DNA from: Octopus sinensis
Lineage: Eukaryota
Length of the DNA stretch: 38,895 nucleotides
Direction: 5' to 3'
NCBI RefSeq assembly: GCF_006345805.1
Contig: NW_021835704.1
Coordinates: 1 to 38,895 of the forward strand
Shown: positions 24,466 to 37,391 of the stretch, in pieces
Position numbering within the stretch: position 1 is the stretch's first letter
Layout of the letters: each line of letters begins with the position of its first letter
Program-made: the position numbers and the translations under genes
Notes under the pieces: model-generated
Databases searched by the model: none
What the model saw: only the letters and a program-made list of their open reading frames with translations
What the model was told of the DNA's origin: nothing

Positions 24466-24612
24466 TGACGTCAGTGCGTCTGCTGGATAGCAAAAGGTTT
24501 TAAGAGACAGCTAAAGAATGGCGATCTTAGAGGTGATGATTTGTCAGCGTATGAAACAGGTTTATAGGCATGACAACGAGTTGACAGCGACACCTGGTGA
24601 TGACTGACGTCA
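24466..24612. promoter_or_regulatory. Two perfect CRE palindromes (TGACGTCA)
   Basis: TGACGTCA at 24466-24473 and 24605-24612; function not shown. Confidence 0.3.
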
Positions 24613-24664
24613 GTTATCGGTCGATCGGCTAGAAGTAGCTTCCAAAATCCTACAAATCATACAT

Positions 24665-24800
24665 TGCTGTATGATAAGAAGTTTACTTTTCCACCACATG
24701 GTTCCAGGTTCAGTCCCGCTGCGTGGTATCTTGGACAAGTTTTTTCTACTATAATCTCCGGCTGATCAAAGCCTTGTGCGTGAATTTGGTAAACTGAATT
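24665..24800 (+). mobile_element. tRNA-derived SINE 5' fragment
   Basis: GGTTCAGTCCCGCTGCGTGG..CTTGGACAAG..CTACTAT matches the copies at 25455 and 26036. Confidence 0.75.
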
Positions 24801-24864
24801 AGGTAGACATGGTGAAAAATTCGTGGTTGTGGAGTAAACGAAAACACAGGAGGATCATCAGTTA

Positions 24865-25024
24865 ATTATGATTTTATTCAACATGTTCCTCTCTCATATT
24901 CACGCGCCTAATGCAACAGTCCTTCAGTTTTTGTAAGCCTGTAAAAGAACAAAGAAGGTGGGACCACCAACCAGGTCTCTCGTGACACCCTTAAAGCCGG
25001 GAAATATACAGCACCCCCTCGTGA
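24865..25024 (-). mobile_element. Mariner-derived 3' end / MITE fragment
   Basis: Minus-strand ...RVNMREEHVE* (mariner GxYVE* terminus) joined to a CGAGGGGGTGCTG-type TIR. Confidence 0.6.
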
Positions 25025-25029
25025 GTGTA

Positions 25030-25250
25030 TATATATATATAATGTTAAAATTTATTGAAAAGCAAAAGACAGGTGCATGAACAACAAGCAAGTGTAATAG
25101 TTTGACGCTCGGCAAAGTCAGAAAGTATTTTACGTTTCAAGCCTTCGCTCTTCAACAGAAAGAAATAAGAGAAATTAAACAGAGAAAGAATAAAAAAGAA
25201 AATTGTGCATTTAGCGGTCAAGCATGGTGACTGATTAGAATAACGTTTGA
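25030..25250 (-). mobile_element. PLE pLTR remnant with hammerhead-like motif at 25128-25161
   Basis: Minus strand: TTT-CTGTTGA-A-GAGC gaag GCTT-GAAAC-GTA-AAA. Confidence 0.6.
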
Positions 25251-25454
25251 AAGACGAGCTTGAAGGGGTGATAATAAAGTATTGGGGATCCCAAAACGAA
25301 AGCGCACATGCATGAATGTGTATGTGAGAATGTGAGTGTGTGTGTGTGTGGATTATAGTGTGTGGGTATGCGGATGATAGTGTGTGGTGTGAGTGCTGGG
25401 AAGTGGTCAGTGCTTGTGTGTGTGGAGTAGCGTTGGTGGTGTGGTGAGATGGTA

Positions 25455-25887
25455 GGCGTGGCTGTGTGGTACGAAGCTTCCTTCCCAACTCCATTGTTCT
25501 GGGTTCAGTCCCACTGCATGGCACCTTGGATAAGTGTCTTCTACTATAGCCACAAGCCGAACAAATCCATGTGAGTGGATTTCGTAGACAGAAACTGAAA
25601 GAAACCTGTCGTATTTGTATATATATGTATATATATATATATAAGCATATATATATATGTGTGTGTCTTTGTGTCTGTGTTTGTTTCCCCCTAACATCGC
25701 TTGACAACCGATGTTGGTGTATTTACGTCCCCGTAAAATTAACGATTCGGCAAAAGAAATTGTTAGAATAAGTACCAAACTTACAAAAAATAAGTCTTAG
25801 GGTCGATTTCTTCAACTAAAAGACGTTAATCAGCATAGCCGCAGTCAAATAACTGATACAAGTAAAAGAATATACGAATAAAAGAAT
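25455..25887 (+). mobile_element. tRNA-derived SINE with internal microsatellite
   Basis: Pol III-like head, CORE-like segment, (TA)(GT) spacer, and 3' domain CGCTTGACAACCG...GAAACAAGTAAAAG. Confidence 0.9.
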
Positions 25888-26035
25888 GTGTGCGTGTGTT
25901 TGTGCGTGTGTGTGTGTGCGTGTGCGTGATTGTTTGTCCTCCATGAATGCTTGACAACCAGTGTTTAAGTCCGCGGCAACAAGAAACCGACAGAATAAGT
26001 ACCAAACTTCACAAGAAAATTAATAATAATTACCA

Positions 26036-26533
26036 GGCGTAGAAGTGGCTGTGTGGTAAGTAGATTGCTTACGAACGACACGGTTCCGGGTTCAGTCCCA
26101 CTGCGTAGCACCTTGGGCAAGTGTCTTCTACTATAGCCTCGGGCCGACCAAAGCTTTGTGAGTGGATTTGGTAGACGGAAACTGAAAGAAGCCCATCGTA
26201 TATATGAATATGTATATATATGTATGTGTGTGTATATTTTGTGTGTCTGTGCTTGTCCCCCATAATATCGCTTGACAACCGATCTTGGTGTGTTTACGTC
26301 CCCGTAACATAGCGGTTCGGCAAAAGGGCCAATAAAATAAGTACTAGGCTTACAAAGAATATGTGCTGGGGTCGATTATACTCGACTAAAGGCGGTGCTC
26401 CAGCATGGCCACAGTCAAAATGACTGAAACAAGTAAAAGAGTAAAGGAGAGTCGATTCATTTAACTAAAATTCTTCAAGGCGTTGCTACAGCATGGCCGC
26501 ATATTAATGAGTGAAACAAGTAAGAGATAAGAG
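26036..26533 (+). mobile_element. tRNA-derived SINE plus an extra duplicated 3' tail
   Basis: Same family as 25455; a second 3' tail fragment lies at 26448-26533. Confidence 0.9.
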
Positions 26534-27039
26534 GTACTACCTTAGTAGAAAGAAAATTGAAATTATAGAGAAGAGAGAAAAAACGTGATGGCTATTAATG
26601 TTAAGCCTTTGATCTTTGATCTGCTTATCAAATCAGAGGTTAAATAAAAACACCTGCGACATGAACAACAACAGCAACAACTTTGCAATATGGTGGATCG
26701 TTGTACTTTGTTCAAATACAGTTTTCTTCTTGATGATAAAGTACTGAATACTCGGTGAACAGCGGGAGCGGATTGTGGCCCAGAACAGTAAATTAACTCA
26801 ATATCAAACAGTAACACACACATATATACATTTCACCCAATCGACAGTTGTTAATTGAAACCCGGGTCAGCCTTCATGAAGTACACATATCATCAAATGT
26901 TATCTATCGATGACCAACCTGTCTTACTTTTGTTGTCGCCCTGGTACAGCATATCTAGGACTACAATATACAATGTTTTTTTTTTCTTCTTAAAACGTTA
27001 GAGTATGATATAAAAATGATTTGGATGTTATTTTTTGAA

Positions 27040-27348
27040 GGTCGAGTAGGGACAATCGTGGACAAACATTTCCGAGGGCGAACTGCATGGGTCATGGCTC
27101 ATCGTCGGGCGAGCCGCACTGATGAACTACCCATTCTTTCAATCCATGTTTATGCGACACATATGCCCATTCCCTCCATGGCAACAGCATTTGCTGTACA
27201 AATGCGCGTTTGTGCAAGACGTCACATGTCAAAGTGATCTCATAGAAATCAGAAATAGAATGTTGTTTTTCAAGGACACAACCCCCGATCCAGAAATCGG
27301 GCCTACGATCACGCGATCATAAGTGCATCCCCCTAACCACTCACTAGG
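27040..27348 (-). mobile_element. tRNA-derived SINE, second family
   Basis: Minus-strand AGTGGTTAGGG...CCGATTTCTGGATCGGG head, related to the 32213 copy. Confidence 0.65.
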
Positions 27349-27399
27349 CTGTGCTCACATAAATGCACTATAAAATACTAACATTGAGAGACATATGCA

Positions 27400-27459
27400 G
27401 ACATATATATTAATGCATATACACTCATAGATACACACATCCAAATACATACATACATA

Positions 27460-27515
<56 letters not shown>

Positions 27516-27870
27516 CGCATACGTGCATACCACATACACAGACATATACAAACACACATACACAGGTGTATATATAATATATATATATATATATAAATAT
27601 ATATATTACAAACATACGTTGCATATATATATATATACGTATATACACATACACACACACATATAAATGTATATATGTATATGTATATATATACATAGAT
27701 ATATGATAATAATAATAATAATAATAATAATAAGAAGAAGAAGAAAGAAGAAGAAGAAGAAGAAGAAGATAAGAAGAAAAGAAGAAGAAGAAGAAGAAAA
27801 GAAGAAGAAGAAGAAGAAGAAAAGAAGAAGAAGAAGAAGAAGAAGAAGAAGAAGAAGAAGAAGAAGAATT
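27400..27870. repeat. (TA)n, (AAT)n and (AAG)n microsatellites
   Basis: Direct reading. Confidence 0.95.
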
Positions 27871-29212
27871 TAATTAAATTAGAACAGATGGACACATTAG
27901 TATAATTTCGTTTAAAATCTCCAAGAAGTTAAGGAGATAGACAAAGAACTTTGCTGGCATTCCTTCCACTTGAAAGCTACTAAGTTATCAGGAAGAAAGA
28001 TTTGTTACAGATTTTGCTTGTCACTTTTATATGGGGTCAGTTTTAATTTATAGACTAGTTTTATAAAACCCTTGTATATCTAAGGCCGAGTCTGTTAGGG
28101 GTAGGGCTGAGGGAGTCGACAGGAATCAATTATGGGTATAATCATAAAATTCAAGATTTATTTGAAGCAATATCATGGGATTTGGTAAAGGAAATCTTAA
28201 ATCAAGATGTTAGCTGACAATTAATGGGGCTAGCCACAAGCAGACCATTGATCATGAAACAGGGGAAATCTTATCATGTAGTACTATAGTTAAATATTTT
28301 AAACAATGTTACTATATTGTATACAGTTAAAGTTTAGGGTTAATCAAAGGATTATTAAGAAGAATTATAACAAAAGGATAAAATGTTTTATGAATACTTT
28401 TGAGTATATACCAAACTTTTACCACAGTAGAGGGAGGAAAAGAAATTATCTAGAAATAGTTTAATATTTATACATATTATAAACTTAAAAACTAATTTAT
28501 CAGATGGCATCAGTGAATATTGATCAATTGGTATATACTGGTATTTAATGAAGGAATACTGAGATAAAAGAACATGCTAGCTATAAATTAATTTAATCAT
28601 AATCTAAGCAGTTTATTTTAAGTAGTAAATATACCAGTATTGTTATATATAAGCTAAGTATGAATTTATAGAGGTACAAATATTAGATTTATTTTATAAG
28701 TAAATAAAGGATATTATAAAATAATAAAGAAATAAAATAATCAGGTAGGGAAGAACACCATAGAAAAGGAATAAAATAGCTGAATCACTAAAAACATGAT
28801 AAAGTATATGTAGCTTATTAACCACAATAGAGAAGATATATAGAAAATGTATAATAATTCAAAATATACTAAACTAAAAATTATATATTTACTTATATAG
28901 CTAGTATCAATAAAGTCGGTGAGCTCTCACAAACAGATAGTTGTCACAGCCTATCATCTTTGCTGGTCGATAAAATAAGTACCAGTTGAGTACTGTGCCG
29001 CTGTAATCGGCTTACCCTGTCACGAATATTGCTGGCCTTGTGTCGAAATTTGAAATCAAATTTGAAGTTCAAATTTAGGGAATGGAGCAACATTAGCTAC
29101 TCCATTAGCTACTTATCAGGCCGAAGATACCTTAGTTAAATGAAGTTTACATTGCCGTCAAGGAAATTTACTCTCAAGTTAATTCGCACGAAATGTGTGT
29201 TCCTGAAAGTTG

Positions 29213-29289
<77 letters not shown>

Positions 29290-29765
29290 TGTGGTTTGGG
29301 GTAGATAAAATATGTACTCCTTGCGCTCTAGGGATCGATATAAAGTTTCAGGTGTTGTGAATTTTGCAGTAAGGATTTTTCCCCAGTGTATGTAGTTAAG
29401 GACTCCATAAGCAATTATAGCTTCAACGTAATCTTGGATCATAATTAGTGTTGCACAGTGTGCAATATGATTATTAGGTATTTCAATTACAGGTACAATA
29501 TATCTGGTGGGCTTCCACACAGTTTCTCTTTACACAACTAATTGCTCTCGTTTTGCAAAGGTCCGAGCATTTGCTTCGATCGATCCCGAGGCTTCATTAT
29601 TGGTAAGTGAAGTTCTTAATAATTCAAATAGATAGCTAGAGAGAGAGAGAGAGAGAGAGAGAAAGAAAGATAGAGAGAGAGAGAAGGAGGAGGAAGAGAG
29701 GGGTGGAAAGGGAGAGAGAGTGATGGATTAGAGAGGCAAATACATAGATAAGAAGAAAAGACCGA

Positions 29766-29797
<32 letters not shown>

Positions 29798-29982
29798 AAA
29801 ACGAAAAGAGGGAGGGAAGAAAATATGAGATACAAAGAAATATTAGTTATGATATATACGCACATATGTATGTATCATGTACATACATACATACATGTAT
29901 ATATTATCTATATATGTATATATATATAATATATATCTATATATATATATATATATATATATTTCTATATTATATATTTATA

Positions 29983-30052
<70 letters not shown>

Positions 30053-30138
30053 CATGCATGTTAGGTTTGTATTATTTATTACATTTTAGTATAGAAATTT
30101 AGAAAATGCGTCTTATGATATATATATATATAAGTATA

Positions 30139-30945
30139 CAGGCAGTTCCAGAGTTACGAACGCCCTGCATACGAATATCCATAGTTAGAAACCAACCCCC
30201 GTAAAGTTTATGATTTTGAAAATGAAGTTGTTACAGACAATAGTTGATAATAGCGAACCGGTGGATTACTCTGCAGTAAACATCCAAACATTATGCGTTT
30301 TCAACGGTTCGTCAGCTCGAGGAAGGACAGCGCCGCGCCATCGCAGTTTTAAGTTGGATCGTGTAAACAGCGTATTGTGTATGTTATTTGCGTTAGTGTT
30401 TTTCTTGTGTTTACCCTTGTGATTATACCTTCAAAGCGTAAATCCGATGCAAGTTCTGCTGATACATCAAAGAAATGAGAAACGATTGAAATTAAAGTAG
30501 AAATAATAGAGCGATCGGTAAAAAGGGGAAACGCCAACGAGCATTCTAAAAGTGGTTGGCTACAGTCGATCAGCGTTCGAGACAATTTTAAAGGACAAAG
30601 GATGATGGAACATTTAAAAATTCTCTTCGGCGATAACAGCTGCCATTATCAATCACTATCGCAGTGGTTTCATAATTGAAACGGCAAGGTTATTGGCTGT
30701 TTTGTCAAACGATCAAATCAACGTGAGAGGTCTATTACCCCCGGTTCAGTGCTACAAAAGACTTGAAGCCCTTTTATGGGAATTAAAAGCTGCATAGGCA
30801 GCGGGGAAAGATGGTTCTGAAGAATAATTTGTACCGATTACACATTGGTTCAATCGGTTTGACAGGAAATTAAATTGACACACTATTAAAGTGCGAGGGG
30901 AACCAAAGAATAACGATGTGGATGTTCCAAGTATTTTTCCGAAAT
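30139..30945 (+). mobile_element. Tigger/pogo DNA transposon, 5' portion with decayed transposase
   Basis: TA|CAGGCAGTTCCAGAGTTACGAAC TIR; CENP-B-type HTH peptides SKRKSDASS..EIKVEIIERS and HWFNRF..HTIKVRGE..DVD; 3' end missing. Confidence 0.85.
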
Positions 30946-30949
30946 TTTT

Positions 30950-31164
30950 TTTACATGTTTCAGCTGTTTGACAGTGGCCCTGATTGGACACCGCCTTGAA
31001 GAACTTTTAGTGAAATATATCGACCACGGGACATTGTTTTTAATCCTAGTACTTATTCTATAGATTTATTTTGCCGAACCGCTAGGTCATGTGGACGTAG
31101 ACACCACCACATGCCGTTTGTTTTTAGCGGTAGTGCCGGACAAGCACAGACCAAAGATACGCAC

Positions 31165-31197
<33 letters not shown>

Positions 31198-31213
31198 TAT
31201 TATATATATATAG

Positions 31214-31256
<43 letters not shown>

Positions 31257-31545
31257 CAGAGATGTACTTGCATAGCAAGTGACCTGATCTGAGATTGTGT
31301 GCTGGAATGAAAACAATTGCAGCGTGGAAGGTGTTTATAAGTCATTTAAAAACACACAAAAACCGTTAGATTCACTTCAACATTTAAATTTAATTTACCA
31401 AAATTCCGTGCTGCATCTGATGCAGTGAACAGTGAACAGTGAACAGGTCGCGGTCTCAAAGCGACGAAAATATTTTGGCAAAGTAAATCTAACGGTTTTT
31501 GTGTGTTTCTTAAATGACTTATAAACACCTTCCACGCTACAATTG

Positions 31546-31586
<41 letters not shown>

Positions 31587-31700
31587 ATGTATATATGTAT
31601 ATATGTATGTACACGACGGGCTTCTTTCAGTTCCCATCTACCAAATCCACTCACAAGGCTTTGGTCGGCCCGAGGCTATAGTCGAGGCTATGGTAGAAGT
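30950..31700 (-). mobile_element. tRNA-derived SINE interrupted in its internal microsatellite
   Basis: 3' half at 30950-31165 and 5' part at 31600-31700, both matching the reverse complement of the 26036 copy. Confidence 0.8.
31255..31547. mobile_element. Fold-back element E in (TA)n with a variant hammerhead motif
   Basis: 64-bp arms at 31314-31377 and 31481-31545 with about 3 differences; internal GTGAACA-G-GTCGC..GCGAC-GAAAATATTTT. Confidence 0.75.
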
Positions 31701-32212
31701 CTGTGAGCAATGAACCTAACCGAAGACAAAAATCCTGTTACACTGTGTAATAGTTCTGAATAGTATATCCCCTACCCAACTCCATTTCCATTGATGTATG
31801 TCTCGACCACTTTCATTGTTCCATATTCACTGCAGTCGAAGCGGCCGAACAGTGCAATACGAGGTGGTTTGTGTTCTGCGGTGATAAATTACGTAAGAGA
31901 GTCTTCCGACCCAATGAGATTCATTTGACCCTCATTGACGCGTTAATGTCACTGTTTTGCCATAGCATACCGCATTCTGGTGGCATATGTCCACCGTTTT
32001 CTGCTTAAGACGGGGTTTCTCAAAATCTTTTCGTACCATGACCCATTTTAATTCTTCACAAGACTGTCCCTACTATGAACAGACAAAATTAGTGTACGTA
32101 CAGGTGCATATATATATGTATGTGTGTGCACGTATGTTCATAACAAGTTCTAATTAAAACTTTATTAAAAATTAACTATTTATATTCACTTATTATTTAT
32201 ATTCTCCCAATA

Positions 32213-32480
32213 AGGACACATAGTATAGTGGTTAGGGTTTTGCATTCATGAACACGAAATCGTGGGTTCGTTTCCCGGATCGGGCAGTGCGTTGCATCCT
32301 TAAACAAAACACTTCATTTCGTGCCGCTCTACGATCCTTCGATATATGACGCGCGGCACACCGTTCACTTCTACAGACAAGTAATATTGATTTGTCGGGG
32401 GAATCCAGCCTATGTGCATCACAAATATTTGATCACTATAAACAAATCATTTGTGCAAATTTGTTTCTGCAAGAAACTAC
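32213..32480 (+). mobile_element. tRNA-derived SINE
   Basis: A box TAGTATAGTGGTTAG and B box GGTTCGTTTCCC, then a CORE-like segment. Confidence 0.75.
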
Positions 32481-33219
32481 AGGACCTTCTTTCCCAAATA
32501 CGAGAGTGTACCATTAAATCAATATATTATTGCCATCCCGAAGAAACCACTGCTCTATCAAAATATTGCCATGTCCCCACAGGCTTAGACGCTAAAAACT
32601 TAGCAGGGTTGACTGGTATTGCCAATTAAGTCCGCGCGGCTAGTAGGACACATTGTATCTTCTCATCCACCTCTTTACACTTGGTCAACGTTAAAATTTT
32701 CTTCTGATTTAGCAGAAAGAACTTCTCGATTTCAGTGTCGAGTGCTGTGTCGGTTATTTGTTTCAAAAGTGTGACATTCTCTGCGTTTTTGATATGACGG
32801 TACTGCTTTTTGATTGGTCTCATCTTTACAATTTATGTAAAGAGGGAAAATCTATATTCAAACATCTTTTGATCATTATTTAAGGAAAATTACACCAGAA
32901 AGGAAACCCCTTGCAGCAGAATAAATCAATGTCTGAAACTACAGCACCAGGTCTGCCTTTTCCACCACGAGTGCCATCGTCTTTGATAGTGGACATCGCA
33001 GGCCCGAACTCGCCCAACACCACAGCCATCATCTTTTACAATAGACATCTGTCTCCCCAATAACCAACTAAAGTCATGTTAATCAAGTAAGCCCTTTCCG
33101 CTATAAGAAACATCAATAGAAACGTGATGTTTCCCGTTAATCAGTAACTTTACTTGATCTAAACTGTTTAAGTGTTTCTTTAATGATTATATACCCAAAC
33201 GCCGCCACACACAGACACA

Positions 33220-33403
33220 CAAACATACATACATACATACATACATGCATACATACATACATACGGACACATACTTAGATACATACATGCATACATACAT
33301 ACGTACATACATACACACATACATACATACATACATACATACATACATAATACTGACACATACATACATGCATAGATACATACACACATACATACATACA
33401 TAC

Positions 33404-33434
<31 letters not shown>

Positions 33435-33975
33435 CACAGATACATACATATACATACATACACACATGCATACATACATGCATACATACATACAAACGTA
33501 CACACATACATACACACATATATACATATATACGTACACACATACATACATACATACATTACATACATGCATACATACATACATACATACATACATACAT
33601 GCATACATACAACATACATTCATGCATGCATACATACAAACATACAGATATACATACATACATACATGCATACATACATACATACATGCATACATACATG
33701 CATGCATGCATACATACTTACATACATACATACATGCATACATACATACATACATGCATGCATACATACATACATACATACATACATGCATACATACATA
33801 CATGCATACATAATAGACGTACACACTATCATACCATACTACATACATACTTACATACATACATACGTAAACACTTAATACATACATACTTACATTACAA
33901 CATACGTACGTACATACATACTACATAACATACATAATACATACATACATACATACATACATACATACACGTACA
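33220..33975. repeat. (CATA)n degenerate tetranucleotide array
   Basis: Direct reading. Confidence 0.97.
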
Positions 33976-34039
33976 TGCAATCTCACAGCTCCAGAAACAT
34001 TCTATACCACTCTCCCGCTTTTGTTCAGTAATAAATAAT

Positions 34040-34069
34040 TTATTATTATTATTATTATTATTATTATGG

Positions 34070-34105
<36 letters not shown>

Positions 34106-34175
34106 TAATAATAATATTATTATTATTATTGTTATTGATATTATCATCATTATTATCATTATTATTATTATTATC

Positions 34176-34270
<95 letters not shown>

Positions 34271-34308
34271 AATTATTATAATTATTATTATCCTTATTAT
34301 TATTATCA

Positions 34309-34342
<34 letters not shown>

Positions 34343-34348
34343 CATTAA

Positions 34349-34381
<33 letters not shown>

Positions 34382-34425
34382 CATTATTATTATTATTATT
34401 GTTATTATCATCATCATCATCATCA
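34040..34425. repeat. (ATT)n/(ATC)n compound trinucleotide array
   Basis: Direct reading. Confidence 0.97.
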
Positions 34426-34915
34426 TTGTCGACGTGGTAGTCGTTCTCATCATTAAGTTTTAAAACGGTTTCATGTAAGACTCTACTCAATCCCCTTCTG
34501 CCTCTCTCTGCTCTGCGTGATGTTTACAACAAAATAAATCTTAGAATCTCTACTCTACTCCACTCCACCAGCCTTTTGATTTGTTACGCGGTTCCACTTG
34601 TTTCTGGGGCGATGTAAATGTTTCCTCCATTGTGTAACAGAGGTTGTACAACGTCTGTGCGTTGAGCTGCGATTGTTATCCGGTGAATATTCATTTTTTC
34701 CCAGGTCATGTCTTTTTCTCCAGGTCATGTATTTCAAAGTCTCAGACAGTGAGTGTGTATGGCATGGAGCGTGTGTGGCTTGTGTGGCATTAATGCCTTG
34801 CTGTTATGTAAAATGTGAGTAGCGTGAACCAATTAGTCAAAGTGTCAGGTATCGGTTAAGGAAGAGTGTGGATTGTCTTATGTGGATTGTCTAAATGGTT
34901 GATGATTGTGTGGAG

Positions 34916-35169
34916 CAGCAGTTTTCAACCCTTTCTTTTTACCTACGGACCCCTTGGATTTCTATTTTACTCGGATGGATTATCCCTACCACTCAATTTT
35001 TACTAATCCTTTAGTAGAAAAGGTTATTAGTTATTCGGAATTGTATAAAGATAGCGTTGATGTATTTTGTACATTGTAGAAATATCACCAGTTTATTGCG
35101 CATACATTTTAGCAACGAAATCTTATATGAATACCCAAGGGCCATATAGGCCTCGATTGAGAGCCACTA
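34916..35169. mobile_element. hAT (Charlie-like) MITE
   Basis: Termini CAGCAGTTTTCAACC and TAGTGGCTCTCAATC (reverse complement); 8-bp flanks GTGTGGAG and GTGTAGAC (6/8) fit a degenerate TSD. Confidence 0.7.
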
Positions 35170-36029
35170 GTGTAGACCATGTTTTGTGGTTATTGCACGA
35201 GGTTATAAGGCTGTGTGCATCGTAATAATAACGTGAGATGCGCACTTGTAAAAATATATTGTGTAGGATGTAGCCTGCACCAAGCAGAACTAATTCTTCA
35301 TTGGATACACATTTGATAATGTAATTCCAGATACACAATTCAGATACACAATTTCAGATATAAAAATAACATATATTTTATAACGTAGTCATAGAGACAC
35401 AATGACACACATTCGGTAATGCAACGCTTTCAAATCTGACATCATCATCGTCATCGTCGTCGTCGTCATTGTGGTTGCTGTTGTTGTGGTGTTGACTCAC
35501 TTATGTGAACCGACTCATGTTCAGTTAGTTCAGAGAAAACATGATTTTTATCAAGTTTTACAGGATACAAAACCAAAATATTTTCTGAATTATTTTAAAA
35601 CTAGAAAACTAAGAAACTTGTAGATATTTGTTCCAATAAGTCTACAGCCGTGCCCTACAACAGGTACAGGAAGTAAAATGATATCATTGGTGGTGTTAAG
35701 GAGAAAACCCTACTGTCGAACCACAGAGGTTTCTCTGTGGTCCCTCAATGCACTCTGGATACACAGCAATACATATTTGATAATGTAGACACAGATAGAC
35801 AATTCATATTTCAGAATTGAGTCACAAATCCAAAATAATACGTATTAGATAATGCCGTCCTAGACACGTAATAACACACATGTCATACTCATAATATAGT
35901 CCCAAATACATATTTGATACGGTTGACCTAGATATACTATAATACTTTTAATCCGGTTCTCAGGGCGAGACGGTGCGACACAACAAAGCTGGAGCCTTGG
36001 ACTGTAAGCCCTAGATACAATTTGGAGGC

Positions 36030-36300
36030 AAAAGGGGGAGGGGGAGGGAGAAAAAGAAGGAAGAGGGCAAACGGGAGGAGGAGGAGGTGGATGAGGAGGG
36101 GGGACAATCGGGGAAAGAGGAGGAGAAGAAAAGAAGAAGAAGAAGAAGGAGGAGGAAGAGGAGAGGAGAAGAAGAAGGAAAAGAAGAAGAAGGAGAGGAA
36201 GGAGAGGAAGGAGAGGAAGTGGGAAGAGGAAGTGGAAGTGGGAAGAAGAAGAGAAGAAGAAGAAGAAGAAGAAGAAGAAGAAGAAGAAGAAGAAGAAGAA
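36030..36300. repeat. Polypurine (GGA/GAA)n tract
   Basis: Direct reading. Confidence 0.95.
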
Positions 36301-36673
36301 ATCTCAGTACTACACTTCTATTCATTTATCGAGGAAACCAAGAGTACAGTTGACTTCTACAGGATTGTGCAATCAGAACGCAGAAACCCGAACAAGCGGT
36401 ACAAAGTAATCTATGCGACGTTGTTATATCCCTCACCCATGGCGCGCATTGTACAGCGAGATATTGTGTGTCTTTCTAGAAACAGAATATCGGAAGACGT
36501 ACCTATACAAGTATCAGTACATCTTTCTAGATACGGTATTTGAGATGAAAAATTTAAAAAAAAACATTGAACGCATACACCACCATAGGTCTTCTTAATG
36601 AGTGCTAGTCGGTTACTAAAACAACAGCAACATGAACAATAAACTACTACAACTATTAAAGCTGTTGCAGCTT

Positions 36674-36865
<192 letters not shown>

Positions 36866-37356
36866 CAATTACACCAACATGTCATAACTAAAAAATAAAG
36901 AAAAAAATATAAAAGGCATCGAATAACTAATGACATTAGTAATTACTAAACACCAAATGAAATTAACGTGTTGAAGTGGGACGAAACTGACGACAATTTA
37001 ATTGTTGTATGTGTCCAGTCGATGTCCAGAAGGGATATCAATAAAATGAAATGATTAAATCAATAAATGAGATACTTAAGCGACGACACGGATATTTAAT
37101 GAAATTATCGCTTGCTCGATCGTAGCTTATCCCTTTACGTGCACAGATTACTGAGAGATTTACTTATCTATGTATGAGCACTTCCATGTTTTAGGGAGGG
37201 ATCGATCTAGGCGGAGTATTATTCCGACACATTGTTTTGGTTCACAACAGTGAAAGAGGAATCGATCGGGATCGATACAAGTTCGATCTTCTTTATCATC
37301 GTAATATCTTCTATATTGCTTGTGTGTGTGCCTGTGTACGTGATCGCACCTGTATC

Positions 37357-37391
<35 letters not shown>

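Noticed and set aside
24533-24607. C/D box snoRNA (GTGATGA...CTGA)
   Set aside because: No terminal stem and no identifiable rRNA-complementary guide.
28700-28910. Hydrophobic minus-strand frame suggesting a NUMT
   Set aside because: No match to any mitochondrial protein motif I recognise; AT-rich DNA yields such peptides by chance.
36022-36543. 173-aa acidic/basic ORF and a G-quadruplex-like run at 36034-36075
   Set aside because: Derived from the polypurine repeat; there is no evidence of coding or function.
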